A stretch of DNA of 64,000 nt. Origin: Thermotogota bacterium. GTDB lineage: Bacteria > Thermotogota > Thermotogae > MWEM01. Each line of letters starts with the position of its first letter. Position 1 is the first letter of the stretch. Shown piece by piece: positions 24,983 through 33,346 of this stretch. The position numbers were made by a program, and so were the translations under genes. A model generated the notes under the pieces. That model saw nothing but the letters and a program-made list of their open reading frames with translations. It was not told the DNA's origin and searched no databases. The stretch covers positions 32,808-96,807 of the forward strand of contig DAOPKN010000001.1 in assembly GCA_035391225.1 (NCBI GenBank), read 5' to 3'.

Positions 24983-26985
24983 TGTTCTTCGCCTCCTACG
25001 GGTTCCAAAACCAAAGTCGTGTTGCCAGGCAGAGAGGAAAGGGTGTCCATGGTTTCCCCGGAGAAAATATCGCGCATTTCTTCCCCCAGGGTTACACCCA
25101 GAGGAACCTGCCGCGATCCAGTGTTCACGGCAACTACGATCCTCTCTTCTGCGGTTTTCCGCTCGAAAACAAGCGCTTGACGAGAGGTTTGGAGTACCGA
25201 GTACTCCCCGGTTTTCAGTGCCTCCGAGCGCTTCCGGAGGGCAAGAAGCGCTTGGTACAGCCGGGAGGTTGGTTCGTGTGTAGGCTGCGAGCCGAAAGGC
25301 TGGCGGCAAAAGGGGTCGGTGGCCCCCGTCATGCCGAGTTCATCCCCGTAGTAAATCACCGGGCATCCAGGCATGGTCATTTGCAGGCTCACGGCCGCCT
25401 TGAGCGCTTGGTCGTTTTCGCCGAGGGCAGTGCGGATACGCGGTGTATCGTGGGAGCCGAGCATGTTCCATAGGCTGTCCAAAACCTGGGGAGGGTAGGT
25501 GTTTCGCATGTCTTGGATCTCGTTGACGAAAGAGGAGGCGCGCCCCCCCTGGCAGTAGGCGAGAATGGCATCGCGAAAACGGTAGTTCATCACCGCGTCG
25601 AAGGCCGGATCTTGGAAGTAGACAGAGGCATCGCGCCAGTATTCTCCCACCAGCAGTGCATCTGGAACCACGTTCTTGAGTTGGGGGTAGAAGGTTTCGG
25701 TCCAGAAGGAAAGGGGCGGTTGGTCGGCTGCATCCAGCCTCCAGCCATCGATTCCCTTGGCCAACCAAAAAAAGGCAACGTGCAACAAGTAGGCCTTGAG
25801 CTGTGGGTTTTGGTGGTGAAACTGGGGAAGGGAGGGGTAGTTGAACCAACAGCGGTAGCTCTCTGCGGAGAAGGTGATCGGGAACCGAAGGATGTGGAAC
25901 CAGTCCAAGAAACGCGATTTTTGCTGCAGGTCGAAGTTTTCGCGCATCGCGAAAAAGGAAGTGCCACTGTGGTTGAAAACCCCATCGAGCACCAATCGAA
26001 TATTGTTCGTTTGCAGGGAATGCACCAGTGCTTCGAAAGCCGCCATGTTGCCGAATCCTTCGTCGATCTTCTCGTAGTCGGAGGTATCGTACTTGTGGGT
26101 GGAAGGGGCCTGGAAGATGGGGTTGAGGTAGAGCGCTCCGATTCCCAGCTCTTTGAAGTAGGAGAGGCTTTTTCGGATCCCGTCCAGGTCTCCGCCGAAA
26201 AAGGAGTTGGCAAGAATATCCTGGGTCATGGTTGCCCCTGGCTCCATCCGCGGGTATGGATCGTTTGAGGAATCGCCGTTGACGAAGCGCTCGGGGAAAA
26301 CCTGGTAATACGTGATGCCCCTGGACCATTCCGGGGGAAGCAAGTAGCCCACCGGGGGATTGCGGAAATCGAAGTGGAACAACTCCTCGGGGCTTTCCGG
26401 GAAGTACACGGGCTGGCCATCCTCCAGCAAAAAGGCGTAGTACAGTTTTGGAGCTTCACTGCGCACGTGGAAACGTGTCCAAGTTTTGGCATCCTGTGAA
26501 AAAACTTCTTCTTGGAGAACGGTGCCATTTACCAGAAGTTGTATCCCATCGGCATCATTCTCCGAAAACGCGGCGCTCAGGAAAATCTCCCCTGGCTGCA
26601 CCGGGTTCACGAAGGGGCGTTCATGGGCAAAGGTGAAGGAGGCTGCCTGGCCATCACCTTTTTGCGGGATTCCCCTTTGCGCTACCACGCGCACGTTTAC
26701 CAACATGTCCTGGAAACGCACCAGCGAGACGTTCTTGGGGTCAAGGGTAGCTTTGCCATCTTGCAGGAAGAAATAGCGGTAGGTGCCCGGCTCCAGCTCC
26801 AGCGAATATTTCCACAGCCCCCCCGCTGCTTGTGCCATGGCCACGGGGTGAAAGGAAGTGAAGTCGGCGGAAATGTCCACCGTGGTGGCGGTGCTCTGGA
26901 AGAGAAACGTGATGGGAGTGCCGAAGAGAGAAGGAAAAAGTGTGAGGAAAAAAGCCAGATGGAGAAAACGCACTTTCCTATCCAT
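24979..26985 (-). CDS. Secreted GH13 alpha-amylase-family glycoside hydrolase with an N-terminal beta-sandwich (CBM/E-set-like) domain
   Basis: GH13 regions 'VLDGVFNHSG', 'GWRLDAADQ', 'EYW' and 'LGSHDTPR'. Start set at ATG 26985 (GGGAGGA site upstream), giving the signal peptide 'MDRKVRFLHLAFFLTLFPSLFG'. Confidence 0.85.
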   Translation of the reverse strand: MDRKVRFLHLAFFLTLFPSLFGTPITFLFQSTATTVDISADFTSFHPVAMAQAAGGLWKYSLELEPGTYRYFFLQDGKATLDPKNVSLVRFQDMLVNVRVVAQRGIPQKGDGQAASFTFAHERPFVNPVQPGEIFLSAAFSENDADGIQLLVNGTVLQEEVFSQDAKTWTRFHVRSEAPKLYYAFLLEDGQPVYFPESPEELFHFDFRNPPVGYLLPPEWSRGITYYQVFPERFVNGDSSNDPYPRMEPGATMTQDILANSFFGGDLDGIRKSLSYFKELGIGALYLNPIFQAPSTHKYDTSDYEKIDEGFGNMAAFEALVHSLQTNNIRLVLDGVFNHSGTSFFAMRENFDLQQKSRFLDWFHILRFPITFSAESYRCWFNYPSLPQFHHQNPQLKAYLLHVAFFWLAKGIDGWRLDAADQPPLSFWTETFYPQLKNVVPDALLVGEYWRDASVYFQDPAFDAVMNYRFRDAILAYCQGGRASSFVNEIQDMRNTYPPQVLDSLWNMLGSHDTPRIRTALGENDQALKAAVSLQMTMPGCPVIYYGDELGMTGATDPFCRQPFGSQPTHEPTSRLYQALLALRKRSEALKTGEYSVLQTSRQALVFERKTAEERIVVAVNTGSRQVPLGVTLGEEMRDIFSGETMDTLSSLPGNTTLVLEPVGGEEQ

Positions 26986-27000
26986 GCAAAATCCTCCCAA

Positions 27001-27029
27001 AAAAAATAATGCGGACAGGTCCTGTCCGC
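27001..27029 (-). terminator. Rho-independent terminator downstream of serS (minus strand)
   Basis: 'GCGGACAGGTCCTGTCCGC' inverted repeat at 27011-27029, followed on the minus strand by a U-tract (plus-strand 'aaaaaataat', 27001-27010). Confidence 0.55.
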
Positions 27030-27102
27030 TTTCAATGTGAGGGGTTCATTCTCTTTACAACAGTTAGACCACGCGCGAAGAGAAAAGTTCAAACCCCGAT
27101 AG

Positions 27103-28380
27103 TTAAAAAATCCTATCAATCCCGTTAAGATACGGTACCAATACCGGGGGCACCTGGATGGAACCATCGGGCAACTGGTAATTCTCCAAAAGGGCTACCA
27201 GGGTTCTGCCCACAGCAAGGCCCGAACCGTTTAAGGTATGTGGAAACTGCAGGTGATTCTCCCGGTTTCGGAAGCGGGTATTTCCGCGCCGCGCTTGGAA
27301 ATCGGTATCGTTGCTGCACGAGGAGATTTCCTTGTAAGCGGCGTAGGAGGGAAGCCAGACTTCCAGGTCGTGGGTGAAGGCAGCACCAAAGCCCGTGTCG
27401 CCTGAACAAAGGTTTACCACGCGGTAGGGAAGCTCGAGTAGTTGCAGCACCTTTTCCGCGTCGTTGGTGAGGGCTTCCAGTTCTTCAAAGGAAGATTCGG
27501 GGGTGGTGAACTTGAAGAGCTCGACTTTCTCGAACTGGTGAACGCGAATCATCCCGCGCACGTCTTTTCCGTAAGAACCCGCCTCGCGGCGGAAGCAGGA
27601 GGAGTAGGCGACGTACTTCAGGGGGAGTTGCTTTTCCTCCAGGATTTCCCCGGAATGCAACGACGCCAGGAACACTTCCGCGGTGGGAACCAGGAACATA
27701 TCGTCGGGCGTGGTTTTGTAGGCTTCTTCTTCGAACTTGGGAAGCTGCCCCGATGTGAGCATGGTTTCCCGTTTGACGAGGTGCGGAATGTTGATTTCCA
27801 CGTACCCGTGTTGCATGGTGTGGAGGTCGAGCATGAATTGCACCAGCGCCCGGTTGAGTCGCGCCAGCTTGGCGGTGAGGATCACGAAGCGGGATCCACT
27901 CAACTTGGAGGCGCGCTCGAAATCCATCATTTCCAGGCCGGTTCCCAGTTCCCAGTGGGGTTTTGGCTCGAAGTCGAATGTTCGTGGAGTGCCCCATGTG
28001 CGGATTTCCACGTTCTGCGTTTCGTCCTCTCCCACGGGGGTGCGGGAGTCGGGCAGGTTGGGCAGGGCAAGCAGAAGGCTTTCTTGCGCGCTTTCCACGG
28101 ATTTGAGCTGCTCGTCCAAAGCCTTGATTTCTTCTCCCGTCTGCTTGGAAAGAGCGATCTTGGGGCTTGCTTCCTCCTTCTTCTTTTGCGCCATCAGGGC
28201 GGCGATTTCCTTGGAGAGGTTGTTTCGCAAGGCCTTGCGTTCATCGCTGGTTCGGATGAGTTCGCGGCGCTGTTCGTCCAGTTCCAGGATGGCGTCAACC
28301 TGGGCCGGGTCTTCGTTCTTGTTGCGTAAGGCTTCTTTCACCGCGCCGGGGTCTTGGCGGATTTGTTTGATATCCAGCAT
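27103..28380 (-). CDS. serS: Seryl-tRNA synthetase
   Basis: 'MLDIKQIRQDPGAVKEALRNK...' N-terminal coiled-coil arm followed by a class II catalytic core. Start set at ATG 28380 (GGGAGG site upstream), since the ORF-track N-terminal extension is not SerRS-like. Confidence 0.9.
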   Translation of the reverse strand: MLDIKQIRQDPGAVKEALRNKNEDPAQVDAILELDEQRRELIRTSDERKALRNNLSKEIAALMAQKKKEEASPKIALSKQTGEEIKALDEQLKSVESAQESLLLALPNLPDSRTPVGEDETQNVEIRTWGTPRTFDFEPKPHWELGTGLEMMDFERASKLSGSRFVILTAKLARLNRALVQFMLDLHTMQHGYVEINIPHLVKRETMLTSGQLPKFEEEAYKTTPDDMFLVPTAEVFLASLHSGEILEEKQLPLKYVAYSSCFRREAGSYGKDVRGMIRVHQFEKVELFKFTTPESSFEELEALTNDAEKVLQLLELPYRVVNLCSGDTGFGAAFTHDLEVWLPSYAAYKEISSCSNDTDFQARRGNTRFRNRENHLQFPHTLNGSGLAVGRTLVALLENYQLPDGSIQVPPVLVPYLNGIDRIF

Positions 28381-28400
28381 GCATGGTGCCTCCCTTTTGT

Positions 28401-30221
28401 CTATTGTTTTGTGATGAGTGTCATTGTGGCATTCACCGCTTCCAGTGAATCGTCTTTCAAGTGTATTTTCACGTTTTCCCCTTGGAGTTCCCGGCGATTC
28501 TTGGGATCCAGAACCCAAACGTTCCCGACCAATTCGATCACTTCGCTGTTGCCATCGTAGAAGAATCGATCGCTCTTTGCTTCCAATTCTCCTTTTCGGA
28601 GCGAGAGTCGATCGCTTCCCTCGGAAAATCCCTGGTACTCCTTGTTTTGGGCGTCCACCAGAAGCTGGTCACAGAGGATGTTCACGGTTTCGGTGGACGT
28701 TCCCGTCTGGATCTGTGCGTTCACGTCATGGGTCAACGTGCCGGTTTCGGTTTCCAGGTCGAAGGTGATGGTATTGGAGGTGGCACTTCCCGATTCAAAG
28801 GCAATGAATGCTCCGTCGGTGGCTTGGAGTGTTCGCTCCTTCCCACCTTCCCGGAGCACCTCGAACCGGTCGGAAACGAACTGCGTTTTTCCTTTCGTCA
28901 GGCGGGAAGTGTCGTAGAATTGGATGGAGTCGTCCAGGATCTCGAAGTCCTTTGTCTGGATCTGGATGGGGTTGCCCGTTTCCGAGGAAAGCTGGATGGA
29001 AGAATTCTTGGCCTGTAGGGTGTTGTCTTTCAAGAAGATCTTCACGTACTCTCCCTGGCGAATGAACTTGTCTTCTTCCAGCTCCACGTACACCTGGTCT
29101 TCCAGGATGACTTCTTCCTGGTCCCCGAGGAACACGAAGGAACCAGCGTTCCCGTAAAAATCCGTACGCTGGATTTCGATGCGTGGGGATTCTTCCGAAC
29201 CTTCCCCCTCGTAACGGCGCGACGGGGTGTCGATGTGGAGTTGTTCGCAGTTGACCAACACGGTATCGGTGGATTCCCCGGATTGGATCTTGGCCTGCAC
29301 GGCTTCTGACAGTACACCGGTTTGGGATTCCAGGTCGTAGTCCAGGTGGTTCGCGGTGGCCTCACCGCTTTCAAACTCGATGAACACCGGTGCCCTGGTT
29401 TGAAGGGTTTTTTCCACCCCGCCTTCTCGCAGCACGAAGAAGGAGCGGGAGCGAAGCAAAAGGTCGCCTTTTTGCAGCGTGGAAGGTCCAAGGAAGTCGA
29501 TGCGGGATTCCGAAAAGTCCATGCTCGTCGTGGTTGCCACGAGGGTCTTGCCAGGATCGCTTGACGCGTCGTCCACGCGCAAGAACGCCTCGGAGGCCGT
29601 GAAACCATCCGTTTGGAGATCCAGTTGAACCTGTGATGCCTGGATGGAACGCTTGTTCTCCGGGTCGTTGATGTCCACGTTGCGTTCCAGCAAAAGGGAT
29701 TCGCTGCGTCCATCGTATTGGAACTGGTTGCAGAAAGCTTCGAGAGACCCCTTGTTGATTTGTACCCGGTCGGGTACGGCAGAATCCCCATCGTACGATT
29801 CGTCGCGCGTGGAGAAGCCCAGTCGCTGACACAGGATATCGATGGTTTGCGTGCCCTCGGAGGTCTGGGAGAGGATCTGGGAGACCACATCGCCCGTGAG
29901 AGTGCCCTTTTCGCTCTCGAAATCGTAATCCAGCGTCAAGGCCGTTGCCTGCCCGCTCTCGAAGGAAACGAAGATCCCCTGCGTGGCAACCGCTGTTTCC
30001 TCCTTGCCGTCTTGCAACGTGATGTAGAAGCGGTCCCCGATGAGTTGGAACTGGTTCTTTCGAATTTCGGTATACCCCAGGAAATCAAAACGGTCGTCCG
30101 AGGAGCGGAAACGCTCGGACTGGATGTGCAGTGTTTCCTCCTCGGCCAGTAGCGTGGAGGAGAACACCAAGAACAACAATGTCGACAAGAGTACAAGGAT
30201 CGGTACCGGTCTTTTGTTCAC
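28401..30221 (-). CDS. Secreted protein with three tandem ~190-aa repeats (possible OstA/LptA-like beta-jellyroll repeats)
   Basis: Signal peptide 'MNKRPVPILVLLSTLLFLVFSSTLLA'. A module is repeated three times: 'F(V/I)xFESG(E/Q/S)AT...(L/I)(D/T)(Y/F)D(L/F)E(S/T)xTGTLTxDVxAQIQ...'. Confidence 0.5.
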   Translation of the reverse strand: MNKRPVPILVLLSTLLFLVFSSTLLAEEETLHIQSERFRSSDDRFDFLGYTEIRKNQFQLIGDRFYITLQDGKEETAVATQGIFVSFESGQATALTLDYDFESEKGTLTGDVVSQILSQTSEGTQTIDILCQRLGFSTRDESYDGDSAVPDRVQINKGSLEAFCNQFQYDGRSESLLLERNVDINDPENKRSIQASQVQLDLQTDGFTASEAFLRVDDASSDPGKTLVATTTSMDFSESRIDFLGPSTLQKGDLLLRSRSFFVLREGGVEKTLQTRAPVFIEFESGEATANHLDYDLESQTGVLSEAVQAKIQSGESTDTVLVNCEQLHIDTPSRRYEGEGSEESPRIEIQRTDFYGNAGSFVFLGDQEEVILEDQVYVELEEDKFIRQGEYVKIFLKDNTLQAKNSSIQLSSETGNPIQIQTKDFEILDDSIQFYDTSRLTKGKTQFVSDRFEVLREGGKERTLQATDGAFIAFESGSATSNTITFDLETETGTLTHDVNAQIQTGTSTETVNILCDQLLVDAQNKEYQGFSEGSDRLSLRKGELEAKSDRFFYDGNSEVIELVGNVWVLDPKNRRELQGENVKIHLKDDSLEAVNATMTLITKQ

Positions 30222-30234
30222 GTCGAACTCCTTT

Positions 30235-31761
30235 CTATTTCAAGAAGCGGATCACGTCGAAGTAGGAGATGTAAAACAACAGTGCCAGCAGCAGGAAAAA
30301 ACCGATGGTGTGAATGTATCCTTCCACCACGGGGTTGATTTTCTTGCGGGAAACCATTTCCACCAGGTTGAAAACGATGCGCCCCCCGTCCAACGCGGGA
30401 AGGGGGAGAAGGTTGAACAACCCCAGGTTCAGCGTGAAGAAGGCCATGAGGAAAACCATGGTTTCCAGTCCCCCGCGGGATGCGATCCCCACCATTTTCA
30501 CCAACCCGATCGGACCCGCAAAGTCTTTTACCGTGGTTCCCCCCGTGAAAAGCTGACCGAGGATTTGCCCCATGCGGGCCAGCGTGCGGTTGGCGAAAAC
30601 CACTCCCAGGCCGAAGGCGCGAAGAGGCCCGGAAGGGTACCAGTTGGGGTTTGCGGGTTGGAAATACGCTTCGGAAATGGATTGCAGCAGGGCCGAAACG
30701 GGGGCTTGGAGCGTGATTTCGCTGCCATTGCGTCGCACGGTAACGGTTGCCAACGTTTGGGAGGGGAGTGCCAGTTGGTCGGTCACCATGTTCTGACGGA
30801 TCTCCACGAAGGTGTACACCATTCCCTTTTGCGCGGGAAGTTGCAAAAGGCTTACGATCGCGTAAAAATCCGAGCCCCGCTGCACCGGAGTGCCGTTTAT
30901 GGCCAAGATGGTATCGCCGTCTTGCAATGGAGAAGTAGCACTGCGCACCGTGGTAGACAGGTTGGCGTAGGCAATCCCGATCGCGCGGCGCGGGTCGTAG
31001 GTTTGGAAGGCTTCCAGGGTTGCCGTGCTCTCTCTTCCGTCTTCCATCTGGAAGGAAAGCTGCTTGTTGAGCATCTCGTCCGGTGTAAGCTGGGTTGGGT
31101 CCTTGCCATTTACCGACGCGACGCTTTGCCCCGCCATCTGCGGAAGAGGTTGGTCGCTTTTCAAGAAAAGGTAGTGCTGGGTGGGAAGCATCGTGGGGTA
31201 CACGGTGGTTTGCAGCGGCTGCCCGTCCCGCAGCAGGGTCAACTGCACCTCGTCTTGCCGTTTTACGGCGGTGGAGAGCTCGTCGGTGCTGAAGACGCGC
31301 TTACCATCCACGCGCTGGATGATGTCCCCGTTTTGGATGCCTGCTTCGAAGGCGGGAGAAAAGGGATCCACGCGATCGATACCCACCGTGGGAATACCCC
31401 ATACACCTGCACTCAAGGCAAACAAAAGGTAGCCGAAAAGGATGGAAAACAGGGGCCCGGAAAAAGAAACCAGGAAGCGCTGCCACGCGGGACGCGCGTA
31501 CAGCAGGTGTTTCTTTTCCTCTTCGGGTAACTGGTCGATTTGCGTGGGATCCTCGCCTTCCATCCGAACGTACCCTCCAAGCGGAAAGATGTTGATCCGG
31601 AAGTTCGCTCCGTTCTTCATCTTCCAGCGAAAGAGTGCAGGGCCGAATCCGATGGCGAAATCCGCCACCCCGATTTTTAGGAGCCTCGCGAAAAGGTAAT
31701 GGCCGAGTTCATGGGCTAACACCACCAGGGTAAACATGAGCAGGAAATAGACAACGGTCAA
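30235..31761 (-). CDS. rseP: RIP zinc metalloprotease RseP (site-2 protease, M50 family, with PDZ domains)
   Basis: 'LAHELGHYLFAR' HExxH motif in TM1, 'PLGGYVRM', tandem PDZ-like regions and a C-terminal 'LNLLPLPALDGG' LDG motif. Confidence 0.85.
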   Translation of the reverse strand: MTVVYFLLMFTLVVLAHELGHYLFARLLKIGVADFAIGFGPALFRWKMKNGANFRINIFPLGGYVRMEGEDPTQIDQLPEEEKKHLLYARPAWQRFLVSFSGPLFSILFGYLLFALSAGVWGIPTVGIDRVDPFSPAFEAGIQNGDIIQRVDGKRVFSTDELSTAVKRQDEVQLTLLRDGQPLQTTVYPTMLPTQHYLFLKSDQPLPQMAGQSVASVNGKDPTQLTPDEMLNKQLSFQMEDGRESTATLEAFQTYDPRRAIGIAYANLSTTVRSATSPLQDGDTILAINGTPVQRGSDFYAIVSLLQLPAQKGMVYTFVEIRQNMVTDQLALPSQTLATVTVRRNGSEITLQAPVSALLQSISEAYFQPANPNWYPSGPLRAFGLGVVFANRTLARMGQILGQLFTGGTTVKDFAGPIGLVKMVGIASRGGLETMVFLMAFFTLNLGLFNLLPLPALDGGRIVFNLVEMVSRKKINPVVEGYIHTIGFFLLLALLFYISYFDVIRFLK

Positions 31762-31768
31762 AAAGAAA

Positions 31769-33211
31769 TCACTCCTTATCGTTTTCGAGGGAAGAAGAAT
31801 CCCCAGGTTGGGGTTTTTCCCAGGGGTAGGGAATGTGTACTTGGAGCTTGGTTCCGGGAAGCAAGTACATGGGAATCACGTCTGGGTTGTAGGCGAGGAT
31901 GGTGTCTACATCCACGCCCAGCCGTCGCGCGATTTCTCCCAGGGTATCTCCGCTTCGCACCGTGTAGGTGGTGTAGTAGGGCTGGGTGACAACTCTCCAA
32001 GAAGGTAGGACGGAGGGAGAACCTGCCTTGAGGGACCAGAAGAAATCGTACATGGGATGGATCCCCGAGGGCTGAAAGGAAGGAAAATGGCGCTTGATTT
32101 GTGCGGACGGGCCCACCAATGTGATCTTTTGGGGCTCGGGGAATGTTTTCATAATCAGCCGGCTTCCCACTTCCCGGGATACGTCCAGGTAATAGGGTTC
32201 CCCCCAGAGGGAAAGGAAGGGGAACGAATTGTCCACTTTCACCTGGAACCCGTCATAGGAAAGGGTAGAACCGGTTCTTTCCATCCACTTTCGCAAGATG
32301 GTATTTTCCAGGTAAAGGGTTCCCGCGCTGTACGACTGGAAGAAATCAAAGGCTTGGGCCGGGGTCAGCGTTTTGGGAAGCGGCTCGTGGAAGAAAAGTG
32401 CCAAATCCGATTGGTGGTCACGGGCAAGAAGTTGCCCGGAAAAGTGGAAAAAGGGAATCTGCACGAAACGCGAAACACCCAGCGGGTCCAGTTGGAAAGT
32501 TGTCTTCTTCCAATCCCCGAAGCGCTGCAGCATCTGTTCCAAAGCGGTGTTCGCGGATGCTTGTCCCGGAATGTTCAGCTCGGTGAGAAGCAACCCCACG
32601 GAGAGATCCACGTTGTAAATCGCGGTTTTGCGTGGCAACACCACGCTCTTGAACCGCCAACTTTGGGGAACTTGCCGGATATCCGGGGTATCCATGACCA
32701 CGAACCAAAGGTCCGCGTTGTTCACCGAAAAGCCTTCGGGCAGGTTCGTGTACCATCCCGCACTGGGAGTGGTCAGGTTGAGAACACCCACTCTCTTGTT
32801 ACCAACCGCTTGCACGTACCAATGGGCATGGGAAGAGGGAACCCCCGGGGTACTGTCAATAACCGGGAGATTTCCCAAGAGGCTCTTTTCGCCGGGTCTT
32901 GCAATCTGCTGGTTTTCCGCCGCGGTGAGTGCCAGGCAATCCACACCGGCTGCACCCAGGATGGAGTGGAAGGGAAGCTGCTCGCGGTCAAAAACGTGGG
33001 CAAAAAGCAGGAACAGTTCGGGATCGAAAAATCCCCCCGTTGCGATGGTAAAGCGATCAACAGGCATCGAAAGGGATTGGAAGTACTTTTCGATGCGTGC
33101 GGCATTTTGTACGACAGAGGAGTCTCCCTGGAATGTCACCAGCAAAAAGGAATTGGCAAACAGGCAGCCCCCCAAAACGATGAGAACCAAAATCGACCAT
33201 GTGAAACGCAA
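31769..33211 (-). CDS. Secreted LysM domain-containing protein
   Basis: N-terminal signal/anchor, and a C-terminal LysM domain 'YTVRSGDTLGEIARRLGVDVDTILAYNPDV'. The remainder could not be assigned. Confidence 0.55.
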   Translation of the reverse strand: MRFTWSILVLIVLGGCLFANSFLLVTFQGDSSVVQNAARIEKYFQSLSMPVDRFTIATGGFFDPELFLLFAHVFDREQLPFHSILGAAGVDCLALTAAENQQIARPGEKSLLGNLPVIDSTPGVPSSHAHWYVQAVGNKRVGVLNLTTPSAGWYTNLPEGFSVNNADLWFVVMDTPDIRQVPQSWRFKSVVLPRKTAIYNVDLSVGLLLTELNIPGQASANTALEQMLQRFGDWKKTTFQLDPLGVSRFVQIPFFHFSGQLLARDHQSDLALFFHEPLPKTLTPAQAFDFFQSYSAGTLYLENTILRKWMERTGSTLSYDGFQVKVDNSFPFLSLWGEPYYLDVSREVGSRLIMKTFPEPQKITLVGPSAQIKRHFPSFQPSGIHPMYDFFWSLKAGSPSVLPSWRVVTQPYYTTYTVRSGDTLGEIARRLGVDVDTILAYNPDVIPMYLLPGTKLQVHIPYPWEKPQPGDSSSLENDKE

Positions 33212-33285
33212 AAAATCCCCCCCTTTGGATGGGCAGGTCTTGATCTCGACTGATTATACCAATTATAACGCATAGAACCATTTTT

Positions 33286-33312
33286 TTGTTCTCTTTTCTG
33301 GTACAATATAAT
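33286..33312 (+). promoter_or_regulatory. Candidate sigma70-type promoter for pnp (TTGTTC - 15 nt - TATAAT)
   Basis: 'TTGTTCtcttttctggtacaaTATAAT' lies 35 nt upstream of the pnp ATG. The spacer is slightly short. Confidence 0.3.
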
Positions 33313-33346
33313 AAAGTGTATCCATGGAAAAAGGAGTGAAAGTTGA

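Noticed and set aside
24983-25309. Long N-terminal extension (428-aa version) of the tocopherol-cyclase-like ORF
   Set aside because: The extension lies entirely within the 3' end of the GH13 amylase gene on the same strand in another frame and is Arg/Gly/Pro-rich with no similarity. The internal GTG at 24982 with an AGGAGG site gives a sensible 320-aa product.
25340-26329. 329-aa minus-strand ORF inside the amylase gene
   Set aside because: It is a shadow ORF inside the GH13 coding region on the same strand, in a different frame. Its Arg/Pro/Gly-rich translation is typical of an out-of-frame GC-rich reading, and it lacks a ribosome-binding site and any motif.
28381-28400. T-box leader upstream of serS
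   Set aside because: Only 20 nt separate serS from the upstream gene on the same strand, which leaves no room for a T-box riboswitch. serS is probably co-transcribed.
28381-28518. N-terminal 46-aa extension of serS in the ORF track
   Set aside because: The extension is not SerRS-like. The canonical 'MLDIKQIR' start at 28380 has a GGGAGG site, and the upstream sequence belongs to the 3' end of the repeat-protein gene.
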